A stretch of 32,000 bases of DNA from Bdellovibrionales bacterium (GTDB lineage Bacteria > Bdellovibrionota > UBA1018), in assembly GCA_018266355.1 (NCBI GenBank), contig JAFEAP010000023.1:151758-183757 (forward strand). The letters are read 5' to 3'. Both the position numbers and the translations under genes were made by a program. Under the pieces are notes generated by a model. It was not told the origin of the DNA. It did no database searches and saw only the letters and a program-made list of their open reading frames with translations. Position 1 is the first letter of the stretch; each line of letters starts with the position of its first letter. Shown in pieces: positions 1 through 8,797 of this stretch.

Positions 1-1242
1 CTTCGAGTTCGCAAACGTCGGCTTCCCGGCTTCGACGATCTCCGGGAACTTCTTCGCGAGCCGCTTCGATTCGGCGCCGTTCTTCGAATAGAGATTCGCG
101 AACTTCACGATCCAAGCCGTGCAAAGCTCCGTTTTCTTCTTCAAGCAAAGGTCGCCGTAAGCCTCGAGGTGCCGCGGGCGGAGGAGGTAGGTCGCGTTTT
201 CGGCGGTCGCCCGCTGGAACGCCTTTTCGAAAAGCCGCGTCGCTTCGCCGTTCGCTTTCCGTCCGACCTTCGCGAGCGCTTCCGCGAGCTCGGCTTTCGC
301 GATTTCCTTCGGGGCTCCCGACCACCAGGGCGAGTAAAGGTAGAGGTCCTCGATCTTCGTCCAAGCCGAGAGCGCACGGAGCGAGTCGGCCTCGATTTTT
401 TTCCAATCGGCCTTCTTCTTCGCGTCTTCGTCGTCGGTCGCCGCGATCGCCGATTCGGCGGCGCGGATCGAAGCTTGGCCGCGGATCGCGAGCGCGTGGT
501 CGGCGAACTCGCCGTCGCGTTCGACCGGGGCGGCGAGCTTCACGGCTTCGTCGAACTTCTCCGCGTCGAGCGCGGCCGAAGCGGCCGCGAGCGCTTTCGC
601 GGACTTCGTCGCCTTCGTTTTTTTACCGACGATCTTCGCCCGAAGTGCCGAGCGGCGGGCTTCGTAGCTCGCGACGGGATCGATCGCGGCCGGAGTCGCC
701 GTCGCGGTCGGCGTCGGGGCCTGAGTAGGCGACGGCGCGGCGCGGGCGACGGTCGGCGCGGAGAAGAGCGCCGAGGCGAGCAGGCCCGCGGCGAGGAATC
801 CCACTCCGGCAAGGGAGGCGACCGAAGATCCTTCGGACTTCAGTTTCGTGAGCGCGCGTTCGCACATCCCGGCCTTCAGCCACGCGCACGGCGCGCAGAT
901 CGTGCGCATCGTCTCGACGGTGATCCGCTCGCGGATCTTCGCCTTCGCCTCGCCCCAGCTGAGACGGTCGCCCGGGCGGATCCCGAGCGCGGCGGCGTGG
1001 GCGTCGTCGAGGGAGCGAATCTTCGCCTCGGTTTCGCAGAGGTTGCCCCGGCGGTTCGGGCACGGCTCGCAGATCGAGTCCGTCCGGGCGGTCACTTCGA
1101 TTTCGAGCGCGTCGCCGCCTTTCGACTCGCGGAGTTCGCGCGCGAGACGCGCGTAATTCTCGACGAAGGCTTCGCTATAGCCCTTGCCCTCGAAACCGAT
1201 CGTGCAAAGGAAATGATGCGGACGAAAACGAATGTCGGACAT
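1..1242 (-). CDS. DUF1284-like cysteine-rich domain protein, TM segment, Pro/Thr/Ala linker and helical C-terminal region; runs off the left edge
   Basis: Manual minus-strand translation from ATG 1242: MSDIRFRPHHFLCTIGFEGKGYSEAFVENYARLARELRE...DSICEPCPNRRGNLCE...TICAPCAWLKAGMCERA, then SSVASLAGVGFLAAGLLASALFSAPTVARAAPSPTQAPTPTATATPA. One open frame through the window edge. It is missing from the ORF track because it has no stop in the window. Confidence 0.7.
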   Translation of the reverse strand, partial: MSDIRFRPHHFLCTIGFEGKGYSEAFVENYARLARELRESKGGDALEIEVTARTDSICEPCPNRRGNLCETEAKIRSLDDAHAAALGIRPGDRLSWGEAKAKIRERITVETMRTICAPCAWLKAGMCERALTKLKSEGSSVASLAGVGFLAAGLLASALFSAPTVARAAPSPTQAPTPTATATPAAIDPVASYEARRSALRAKIVGKKTKATKSAKALAAASAALDAEKFDEAVKLAAPVERDGEFADHALAIRGQASIRAAESAIAATDDEDAKKKADWKKIEADSLRALSAWTKIEDLYLYSPWWSGAPKEIAKAELAEALAKVGRKANGEATRLFEKAFQRATAENATYLLRPRHLEAYGDLCLKKKTELCTAWIVKFANLYSKNGAESKRLAKKFPEIVEAGKPTFANSK

Positions 1243-1257
1243 GGGCCCTCTAGCGGT

Positions 1258-1794
1258 TCAGGGCTGTTGGAAGAAGGAGAGGGCCTTGATCGCCCCTTCG
1301 ATTTCCTTCCGCGCGGCCTCGTCCTTCGTCGCGGCGAGCGCGCGGTCGAGGTGGGTCTTCGAAGCGGAGATTTGGTCGGCGACCGACTCGACCATGAAGT
1401 TGTAGTCCTCGGCCAGTTCTTGGAAATGGTCGTTCTTCCGGAAGCCGACCTTCGCGAGCGATCCGTTCCGAAGGCCGTTCATCGTCTTCGAAAGCTTGAA
1501 GAGCGGGCCGGCGATCCGGTGGCTCATGAAGAGGCTCATGAGGAAGGTCATCAGCATGAAGCAGACCTGCATCAGCGCGAGCCAGAAGAGCATGTCGTGC
1601 CGGGACTTCTGGAGGAACGGGATCATCGGGCCGTTCGGATCGGCGGAGATGTACTTGAAGAACCAATCGTAGAGCTGCGAGACGAGCATCGGATAAATGA
1701 CGCTCAGCACGAAAAGCCACGAGCACACGTAAATCGCGAAACGGACCTGGAAGGGCCGGTTGATCAGCAGGATGCGGCGGCGAAATTGGCTCAT
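1258..1794 (-). CDS. Two-TM protein with HAMP-like region
   Basis: 178 aa. Two hydrophobic segments (FAIYVCSWLFVLSVIYPMLV, FWLALMQVCFMLMTFLMSLF) followed by the HAMP-like SHRIAGPLFKLSKTMNGLRNG...LAEDYNFMVESV. Confidence 0.65.
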   Translation of the reverse strand: MSQFRRRILLINRPFQVRFAIYVCSWLFVLSVIYPMLVSQLYDWFFKYISADPNGPMIPFLQKSRHDMLFWLALMQVCFMLMTFLMSLFMSHRIAGPLFKLSKTMNGLRNGSLAKVGFRKNDHFQELAEDYNFMVESVADQISASKTHLDRALAATKDEAARKEIEGAIKALSFFQQP

Positions 1795-1868
1795 GACTTC
1801 TCGATTTTAGGGGGCTCACCGCGTAAAGGAAAGTCGAAAAGCCCCCGGAAAGCGGATAAGAGGAGGGC

Positions 1869-2354
1869 ATGAATTCCGACGCGATCACCATCCGTCCGGC
1901 GCGGGTTTCCGACCTCGACGCCCTCCATCGCCTCGAAGTCGAGTGCGTCGGCGGCCAAGCCCTACCGCCCGCCCAGTTCCGATGGCTCCTCGAGAGCCAA
2001 GGCCCGGATCCGTCGTTCATCGTCCGCGTCGCGGTCGACGCCGATCGGCCCGACGAGCCGATGGGATTCATCTGCTGGAAGCGGAAACCCGATGCGGCCG
2101 CGCCCGCTTATGAAATCCTCGACCTCTCCGTCGGGAAGCTCTACCGCGAAGAGCGGGTCGAGCACGCGCTCCTCGCCGACGCGATCGAGCGAGCCACCGC
2201 CGACGAGATGTTCGGGATCGCCGTGAACGTCGCGCGCGCGAACCTCGCGGCGGCGGCGTTCTACCTCAGCCACGGTTTCAACGTCGGGCACACCGTCGAG
2301 AATTACTACGCCGACGGGACCGCGATGGAAGTTTTCCTGAAGCGGATTCGTTAG
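1869..2354 (+). CDS. GNAT-family N-acetyltransferase (RimI-like)
   Basis: 161 aa. ITIRPARVSDLDALHRLE start, central YEILDLSVGKLYREERVEHALLADAIERA, C-terminal ARANLAAAAFYLSHGFNVGHTVENYY typical of GNAT folds. Confidence 0.8.
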   Translation: MNSDAITIRPARVSDLDALHRLEVECVGGQALPPAQFRWLLESQGPDPSFIVRVAVDADRPDEPMGFICWKRKPDAAAPAYEILDLSVGKLYREERVEHALLADAIERATADEMFGIAVNVARANLAAAAFYLSHGFNVGHTVENYYADGTAMEVFLKRIR

Positions 2355-2362
2355 CGGATTCG

Positions 2363-3235
2363 TTAGTCGTTCTTTGCGGGCAGGCGCCAGATCCCGTACC
2401 CGTCGGCATCGAACTCGAAAGGTTCGAGTTCGTCGTTGCCGTACTTTTCGTGGATCTTGAGAAGCGCGTCCACGCGGCCGACGGAAAGCTTCCACTCGTC
2501 GTCCCCGTCGAGGAGCATCTTCCGGCGCGCTTCGAGGAACGCTTTCATCCACGTGAATTCGTCCGCGCCGCGCGCGGGCGTGGCGCCGCCTAAGCCCTCC
2601 TTCGTCCGCTTCACGAGTTCCGCGATGCCCTCACCGTAACCTTCGCCGTGCTGGACGAAGGAGTCGTAGATGACGAGCCAAGACCAGACGTGCTTCAGGC
2701 CGAGTTTTTTCGCGAGTCGGGCGGAGGGTTTGAAGTAGCGCCGCTCGGCGACGGCGTCCTGGGCTCCGCGGAAGTCCGCATCGTGTTCGAGAGCCTTCAC
2801 CGCGGCCGCGAACCCCCGCGCTTCGAGGCGGCGCACGTTCTCGGGACAGCCGATTTTCTCGTCGAACGCGTCTTCCATCACGGCGCGAAAATCGTGAAGG
2901 GGATTTCCCGGATGGATGCGGTCGTACTCGGCGAGGAGCTCCCCGCCGTCCTGGCAGGTCGTGAAACCGATCTTTCCGAAGGTGATCCCGCGTTTATCGG
3001 AATCGCGGAGCCGCTCGACGTAGGCGTACTGGGGCAGCGGCGTCGAGTTCTCGAAGAGGGTGGTGATCTGCTCGATGATCGCGCGTTTCTCCTCCGGATC
3101 GGTGATCGCGGCGGGCTCCCGATCGGCGACGTGCGCGCAGCCGGAGAGGAGGGAGACGAAGGCGATCGAGAGCGGCCCGAGGCCGCGGGGAAATCTCACC
3201 TTCCCAGGATAAGGTGCTGGCGACTCCCCCTGCAA
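2363..3235 (-). CDS. Putative GH46-type chitosanase, predicted lipoprotein
   Basis: 290 aa with lipobox-like LSIAFVSLLSGC. GH46-like blocks: ITTLFENS...YAYVERLRDSDKRGITFGKIGFTTCQDGGELLAEYDRIHPGNPL, ARGADEFTWMKAFLEARRKMLLD and RVDALLK. An alternative GTG start near 3199 would place the signal peptide at the N-terminus. Confidence 0.7.
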   Translation of the reverse strand: MQGESPAPYPGKVRFPRGLGPLSIAFVSLLSGCAHVADREPAAITDPEEKRAIIEQITTLFENSTPLPQYAYVERLRDSDKRGITFGKIGFTTCQDGGELLAEYDRIHPGNPLHDFRAVMEDAFDEKIGCPENVRRLEARGFAAAVKALEHDADFRGAQDAVAERRYFKPSARLAKKLGLKHVWSWLVIYDSFVQHGEGYGEGIAELVKRTKEGLGGATPARGADEFTWMKAFLEARRKMLLDGDDEWKLSVGRVDALLKIHEKYGNDELEPFEFDADGYGIWRLPAKND

Positions 3236-3309
3236 GTCGGGCTCGCGGTCGTCAAACCACCGTCAGTGTGTTTCGAGGATCGAAATGCGTTGGGAATCTA
3301 CCTTGTTCC

Positions 3310-3768
3310 TCAGATGGTATCGCTACGAGGAGGAGGATCGACCGGCGGGGTTCCGGTATTGTCCCAATGCTGCTCCTGATTTCCTTTTGCCTTCGTTTTT
3401 TCGGTTAAGAAATAGCCATGCGAACCCGTTACGCGATAGGTCTTTCCGTTGGATTTGTATTCCAGGGGAGTCTTCCAGCCGTCGACATAATACATTTGTG
3501 ACTGGCAAAGTACTTTACCCATTTGGCAGTCTTCTTTCGCGACGTTTTTTCGAAACGCCTTAATTTCTTTCAGGCTAGTCGGATACTTTCCGTTTTCTGA
3601 CTTCATGATTTCCAGAAAATAATGCCACGTATTCAGCGTGTCTTTGGTTGTGTCGCTCGGACCGGCAAACATGTCTCCGAATGTTGGTGACAGATAAAGG
3701 AATACGCCAGCAAAGGCTACGCTTCGAATTGCAATTCTCCAGACCGATTTTATTGATTTCTTACGCAT
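3310..3768 (-). CDS. Small exported protein with GspG-pseudopilin-like C-terminal motif
   Basis: 152 aa. N-terminal hydrophobic segment (VAFAGVFLYLSPTFG), NGKYPTSLKEIKAF, and YYVDGWKTPLEYKSNGKTYRVTGSHGYF resembling the 'DPWGNPYxYxSxG' region of T2SS major pseudopilins. Confidence 0.45.
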   Translation of the reverse strand: MRKKSIKSVWRIAIRSVAFAGVFLYLSPTFGDMFAGPSDTTKDTLNTWHYFLEIMKSENGKYPTSLKEIKAFRKNVAKEDCQMGKVLCQSQMYYVDGWKTPLEYKSNGKTYRVTGSHGYFLTEKTKAKGNQEQHWDNTGTPPVDPPPRSDTI

Positions 3769-3792
3769 AAAATTTCGGATCGCAGTGCGTGA

Positions 3793-6162
3793 TTATCGTA
3801 CGATCGTGATCGTTTTCGTAGAAATATCTCCTTCTAGATCTTGAAGAGTGACGCTGAAACGATCAGTCATCATGTTGTTTGAAGTTGGCTGGTAGGTCAA
3901 AGTGCCATCGTGATTTTGAACAACTAGCCCGTACTGTCCTTGTGTAAAGGTTTTAATTGAGACGACGGTATTTGATTTTTTTCGACAAAAATCGGGCACG
4001 GGATCAATAGTCACAGATTTTCGCCGCCAGTGAACTGCTTGGTCTGGAATGGTTTTGAGAAGATCCAAGTCAACAACGCGAAGCAGCTCTGCCTTTGTGA
4101 TTTCAAGTTCGTTTGTTTTCTCAGTCGAATCTTTCAACAATCTGGTGATCGTGGCTCGAAGATTAAACAACTCCAAGACAGCTAATATCTTTTGCTTTTC
4201 GTCGGAGCTATTTGGTCGACGTCTCATGCACGCCCGGCCTTTAAGAGTGGCTTCAATTAACTTCGCCTCTATGAGGAGAATATCGCGGCCTACCCGGGGT
4301 TTTGCTTTATAACTAGTTTCAGCAACGGCTTTAATGGCATCGATAAGTAGCTTAGAGGATGGATTGAAAGTCTCAAGAACTTGATTATTTCTGACTACCT
4401 GAACGTTATTTGGAATATCCATTATAGGGATTTGGACTAAAAAGAAGCTCTTCGAAACAGGCCGGATGTCGCCGTTATCCGTAATGAGACCGAAGCTTGG
4501 CGCGAAACTAGCCTGACCCACAACTTCACCCTCAGAATCGACCAGTTGAATCTTTCCCTCGGCGCTGGCTTCATACGGAGTGGTAGTTCCAGCAGGAAGA
4601 AAATAGGCAGAAAGTAGTTGAACTGTGTTGGTTTCCGAGACGAATCCGGAAATTACCATCACCATTGGATCAGATGGGGAAATTAAAAGCCTTTGAAACA
4701 GCGAAGAATACTCACTTGAGGAGATCCATCTGCCAGTGAGATTTTCTCGGAACCTAAGGCTTCCTTGCCCCATGAGATCAGCCGCATCCAAGATGGGCTG
4801 ATTTTGGTCGACCCAAAACGAGTTTACAGTTGCCGCGTTGTACGCGTGGCCTATGCCAAATAGGTGTGCTACCTCATGTGCCGTTGCCGACCAAAAATTA
4901 GTTCGAACAAGGGCAGAATGAGGTTGGAAGAGTGATTGGCCCGGGATCGGGGCGGGCGCCATCCCCGCTGCGTCGAGTGCATGATCGTCGAAATATTGGT
5001 CGGAAACCAATCCAATCGCGACATTGGCGTTTGTGGAATTTCTCTGGCTCATTACAGCTCGAAGTTCCAGTTGTCCTAGATCTTCTTCGATGGCGTCGTT
5101 TCCAAGAAGGTTGTCCGAGTCTAATTTAGTCGATGCCGCGACTGAAGATCCTACTGAACTGAAGACGCTTCCTTTCGCAACTGGATACATTCCTTCGAGT
5201 AATGGCGTAGCCATCGCCACATGAGTTTGAACATCGTTTAAATCCGGACCATTTCCTGTTCCCACGATGGGAAAATAGCTTAGATCGATTGAGGAAGTTC
5301 TTTTTACTCGGATTGTCTTTTCGATCGATGCATCGCTAATGCCCTCGCTAAAGGTCTTGATTGACAACCTAGTTGCCGTGATGTCGGCCACTGACACCGG
5401 GGAAAAGGTGACGTATTTCCCCGAATAATCTTGAGCCGAACTTAGGGTTAGTGATCGAAGTGTCGACGTGGTTTCACCGAGGGAGAGACTAACGTTTATG
5501 TTGATGGGCCGCGCGATGGCGGGTCCGTTTATGAGCGACACCTTCGCGGTGATTGCTGCCGCTTTGTCTAGAACTAAATCGTAGTCGGCGGTACTGCCAG
5601 GCAGCTTCGCGTTTGGGACTGCTTGAGTCACCGTAACGTCGGAAATTGTTATTTCCGGATCGGAGCTCGGGGTCGGAGATGGAGTAGGGCTAGGGATAGG
5701 CGAAGGTTGCGGGCCAGGACCTTGAACGAAAATGCTTCTAAAATTTAACCAGATGTCTTTAGCGGAGTTGGTCGGAAGGAGACCATTAGTGCAGGAGAGC
5801 CGATTTGCGAATCCGGTGATGTGATTCGTCCCCGGCACGAGATTCAGTGGAGTTACTTCGCTATTCGCGGATTGAAGAACGCAATACAAATTTCCAATTT
5901 CCGTAAGGTCGAGCGTGATGTCTATGTACGTGTCGACGAGCTCGCCATTTAGTGGCGACATTTCGAAATATGTACTCGCGAAACTTTGGCCGCCCGGCCA
6001 ATAGGGATTGGCGACGGAGGATAAGAAAATCAGGGCGCCATCAAAGAAATAAGGCGCGTCTACCGAATCTATCAGGAGGCTGTAAGTGGTGGGTGGATTC
6101 GACGGAACGGTCGCGAAATAGCGTCTCCGGAAAATGCCCTGGCTGGTCGTGACCGCTGACAT
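3793..6162 (-). CDS. Putative secreted metzincin-type metalloprotease, multidomain; signal peptide lies upstream of an in-frame stop
   Basis: 789 aa. HEVAHLFGIGH (HExxHxxGxxH) with downstream DLMG, a possible Met-turn. Proline-rich linker PQPSPIPSPTPSPTPSS. C-terminal DGTLTYQPTSNNMMTDRFSVTLQDLEGDISTKTITI resembles cadherin/Ig-like repeats. Confidence 0.7.
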   Translation of the reverse strand: MSAVTTSQGIFRRRYFATVPSNPPTTYSLLIDSVDAPYFFDGALIFLSSVANPYWPGGQSFASTYFEMSPLNGELVDTYIDITLDLTEIGNLYCVLQSANSEVTPLNLVPGTNHITGFANRLSCTNGLLPTNSAKDIWLNFRSIFVQGPGPQPSPIPSPTPSPTPSSDPEITISDVTVTQAVPNAKLPGSTADYDLVLDKAAAITAKVSLINGPAIARPININVSLSLGETTSTLRSLTLSSAQDYSGKYVTFSPVSVADITATRLSIKTFSEGISDASIEKTIRVKRTSSIDLSYFPIVGTGNGPDLNDVQTHVAMATPLLEGMYPVAKGSVFSSVGSSVAASTKLDSDNLLGNDAIEEDLGQLELRAVMSQRNSTNANVAIGLVSDQYFDDHALDAAGMAPAPIPGQSLFQPHSALVRTNFWSATAHEVAHLFGIGHAYNAATVNSFWVDQNQPILDAADLMGQGSLRFRENLTGRWISSSEYSSLFQRLLISPSDPMVMVISGFVSETNTVQLLSAYFLPAGTTTPYEASAEGKIQLVDSEGEVVGQASFAPSFGLITDNGDIRPVSKSFFLVQIPIMDIPNNVQVVRNNQVLETFNPSSKLLIDAIKAVAETSYKAKPRVGRDILLIEAKLIEATLKGRACMRRRPNSSDEKQKILAVLELFNLRATITRLLKDSTEKTNELEITKAELLRVVDLDLLKTIPDQAVHWRRKSVTIDPVPDFCRKKSNTVVSIKTFTQGQYGLVVQNHDGTLTYQPTSNNMMTDRFSVTLQDLEGDISTKTITIVR

Positions 6163-6294
6163 TCCACTAAACTGTGAGTATTAAAATATCCATTGGGACG
6201 AAAGAATTTCGTAGCCTTCCGCTTCGGCGGTCGCGGTGAAAGTGAAAAGACTTGCGAGACCAAGAAGTGCGAAAAGGAAGGAGCGATTCAGCAT
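6163..6294 (-). pseudogene. Signal-peptide-encoding 5' segment of the metzincin gene, separated by an in-frame TAA
   Basis: Manual translation from ATG 6294: MLNRSFLFALLGLASLFTFTATAEAEGYEILSSQWIF*YSQFSG then M of the 789-aa ORF. 6294 and 6162 are exactly 44 codons apart. A GAGG-like RBS lies just upstream. Confidence 0.6.
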
Positions 6295-6489
6295 ACGTGC
6301 CTCGGGTAATGGGTGTATCGAAGAGTGTTGCCTGGAAATCGCCACCGAATAATGAGTCCTTCACGACACCGAGTGGGCCTTTTGGGTGACAAGACGGAAT
6401 CTTGATAGGGTGAGGCCACTTACCTCGCTTTTAGTTTTTGATAAGCTCTTCGCTACTGAGTCGGAAACGCCCGATTCGATTTTTAGCGT

Positions 6490-7407
6490 CTATCTACGCG
6501 ATTCGATCGAAAGCTGCGTGATCGAGAAGAGGAGCACGAGCGCGGCCGCCGCCTGAACCCCGGCGAGCGGGGCGTTCAGGAAGACCGTGTTCAAGGTCAC
6601 CGCCGTGACCGGGAAGAGGAGCTCCATGAACGTCGTCTTCGACGCCGTCGTACGCAGCATGCCCTGGTAGTAAAGGATGAGCGCGAGCATTCCCGGCACG
6701 AGCGCGACGTAGAGAAGAGAGCGGAGGATCGTGAAATCGCCGAGCTTAGCGAACGAGGCGGCCGCGCCGCCGTCGGAAAACGAGCCCGCGAAGGCGAGCA
6801 TTCCCGCGAGCGTGACGAGGCCGAAGACGAAGCGCCAATACGTCACGACCATCGGCGGGAGCTTACCGACGACGCCTTTTCCGACGACCGTCGCGAGGGC
6901 CCAAAGTCCGGCCGCCGAGAGGGCGTAGAGCGAACCGCGCGATTCGGCCGCGCCACTTCCCAAACTACCGAGGAAACCGAATTCCCACGTCGGAAAACTG
7001 ATCGTGAGCCCCGCGAGGAGCGCGAGCGGCGCCCAGATATAGAACGTCTTCTTCGGGCGCTCGCCGAGGAAAATCGAGGCGAGCAGGACGACGAAAACGG
7101 GCTGGAGTTTCTGGAGCAGGATCGAGACGGACGGGTTCACGTACTTGAAACTCGCCGTGAAGAGGACCGTCGCCAGCGCCGAGGCCCCGCCGCCGAGGAG
7201 GAAGAGGCCTGCCCACTGGGGCGCGGAGACTTTCGTGAGCTGCTTCCGGTGCTTCACGAACATGAACGGGGTCAGGAGCGCGACCGCGAGCGCGTGATCG
7301 AAAAAGACGACGAACGTCGGGTCGAGTCCGTGCTGGATCAGCGGGTAGCGCACGAGCGCGTCGGTCGCCCAGAGGATCGCGGCGAGTGCGACGAGCAGCG
7401 GGCCCAT
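6490..7407 (-). CDS. EamA/DMT-superfamily transporter
   Basis: 305 aa, about 10 hydrophobic segments, LLVALAAILWATDALV... and SVSILLQKLQPVFVVLLASIFLGERP typical of EamA repeats. Confidence 0.85.
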   Translation of the reverse strand: MGPLLVALAAILWATDALVRYPLIQHGLDPTFVVFFDHALAVALLTPFMFVKHRKQLTKVSAPQWAGLFLLGGGASALATVLFTASFKYVNPSVSILLQKLQPVFVVLLASIFLGERPKKTFYIWAPLALLAGLTISFPTWEFGFLGSLGSGAAESRGSLYALSAAGLWALATVVGKGVVGKLPPMVVTYWRFVFGLVTLAGMLAFAGSFSDGGAAASFAKLGDFTILRSLLYVALVPGMLALILYYQGMLRTTASKTTFMELLFPVTAVTLNTVFLNAPLAGVQAAAALVLLFSITQLSIESRR

Positions 7408-7408
7408 G

Positions 7409-8743
7409 TTACGCGCGATCTCCGTACCAGGTGAGGAAGTTCGGCAGCGCTTGGGAGGCCATGTGCTTCCGGAGGTCGTCCTTGCGGAGGCCTTCGGCGC
7501 CCGGGAACACGGCCGGATCGTAGATCGCGAAGCAGGCGTTGATCGGTTGGTAGTGCTTCGGGTCCGAGCCGGTGACGTAGCGGAGGAGCGCGCCCATCGC
7601 GGTATTCACCGGCGGGACGTCGAGCGGTTTACCGCGGACGCGATCGAGGATGAAGTTCGCGGCGAGCAGTCCGCACGCCGCGCTCTCGAGGTAGCCCTCG
7701 ACGCCGGTGACTTGGCCGGCGAGGTAAACCCGCGGATGACCCTTGAGCGAGAGATCGGCCCGAAGGACGCGCGGGCCGTTCACGTAGGTGTTCCGGTGGA
7801 TCGAACCGAGGCGGATGAATTCGGCGCGGGCGAGCGCCGGGATCATGCGGAAGATCTTCGATTGCTCGCCGTACTTCAGTTTCGTCTGGAAGCCGACGAG
7901 GTTGTACGCGGTCTTCGATACGTTCTCGGCGCGAAGCTGCACGCACGCGTAGGGGCGCTTGCCCGTGCGCGGGTCGGTAAGACCGACCGGCTTCATCGGG
8001 CCGAAGCGGAGCGTGTCGCGTCCGGTGGCGGCGATCGATTCGATCGGCTGGCAGCCTTGGAATAGGATCTCCTTCTCGAAGTTCTTCGGCGGGACTTTTT
8101 CGCCGGCGAGGAGCGCGTCGAGGAAGGCGTTGTATTCCGGCTCGGAGAGCGGGCAATTCAAGTAGGCGGCTTCCTCGCCCTTATCGTAGCGATTCGCGAG
8201 GAACGCGTGCTCGCGATCGATCGTCGCGGCGTCGACGATCGGGGCGATCGCATCGTAGAAGTAAAGGTCGTCGCCGGTCTGGGCGCCGATCCACGCCGCG
8301 AGGGCTTCCGAAGTGAGTGGTCCGGTCGCAAGCAGCGTGATGCCGTCCTCGAACGGGCGCGTGACTTCGCCCGCGTGGCGGGTGATCGCGGGATGGGCGG
8401 AGAGTTTCTTCGTCACGTACTCCGCGAAGACGTCGCGGTCGACGGCGAGCGCGGCGCCCGCGGGAACGCGCGCGACGTCGGAGGCCTCGAGGGCGAGCGA
8501 TCCCATCGCGCGCATCTCGGCCTTCATCATGCCCGGCGCGGACACGGGATCGGTCGTCTTGAACGAGTTCGAGCAGACGAGCTCGGCGCAGCGATCGGTC
8601 TTGTGCGCTTCGGTCATCTTCGTCGGGCGCATCTCGTGGAGGTGGATTTCGAGGCCGGCGCTCTCGGCGTGCCGGCCGAGGAACCACGCCGCTTCCGAGC
8701 CCGCGAGTCCGCTGCCGACGATGTGGACTTTCTGCTTCTGCAT
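7409..8743 (-). CDS. trmFO: Methylenetetrahydrofolate--tRNA-(uracil-5-)-methyltransferase TrmFO
   Basis: 444 aa. VHIVGSGLAGSEAAWFLG FAD-binding motif, EMRPTKMTEAHKTDRCAELVCSNSFK, LLATGPLTSEALA, GCQPIESIAATGRDTLRFGPMKPVGL, YLESAACGLLAA. Confidence 0.95.
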   Translation of the reverse strand: MQKQKVHIVGSGLAGSEAAWFLGRHAESAGLEIHLHEMRPTKMTEAHKTDRCAELVCSNSFKTTDPVSAPGMMKAEMRAMGSLALEASDVARVPAGAALAVDRDVFAEYVTKKLSAHPAITRHAGEVTRPFEDGITLLATGPLTSEALAAWIGAQTGDDLYFYDAIAPIVDAATIDREHAFLANRYDKGEEAAYLNCPLSEPEYNAFLDALLAGEKVPPKNFEKEILFQGCQPIESIAATGRDTLRFGPMKPVGLTDPRTGKRPYACVQLRAENVSKTAYNLVGFQTKLKYGEQSKIFRMIPALARAEFIRLGSIHRNTYVNGPRVLRADLSLKGHPRVYLAGQVTGVEGYLESAACGLLAANFILDRVRGKPLDVPPVNTAMGALLRYVTGSDPKHYQPINACFAIYDPAVFPGAEGLRKDDLRKHMASQALPNFLTWYGDRA

Positions 8744-8797
8744 TCGACGCGGGTTATAACATGTTACTCTCTATATAGAAGAGGAACCCCTCCCGAA

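Noticed and set aside
169-1872. 567-aa plus-strand ORF
   Set aside because: Arg/Glu-rich, low-complexity shadow frame opposite the DUF1284-like and HAMP-like genes; high-GC artefact.
8207-8797. N-terminal extension of the XerC ORF
   Set aside because: Overlaps trmFO on the opposite strand; family-consistent protein begins at ATG 8798.
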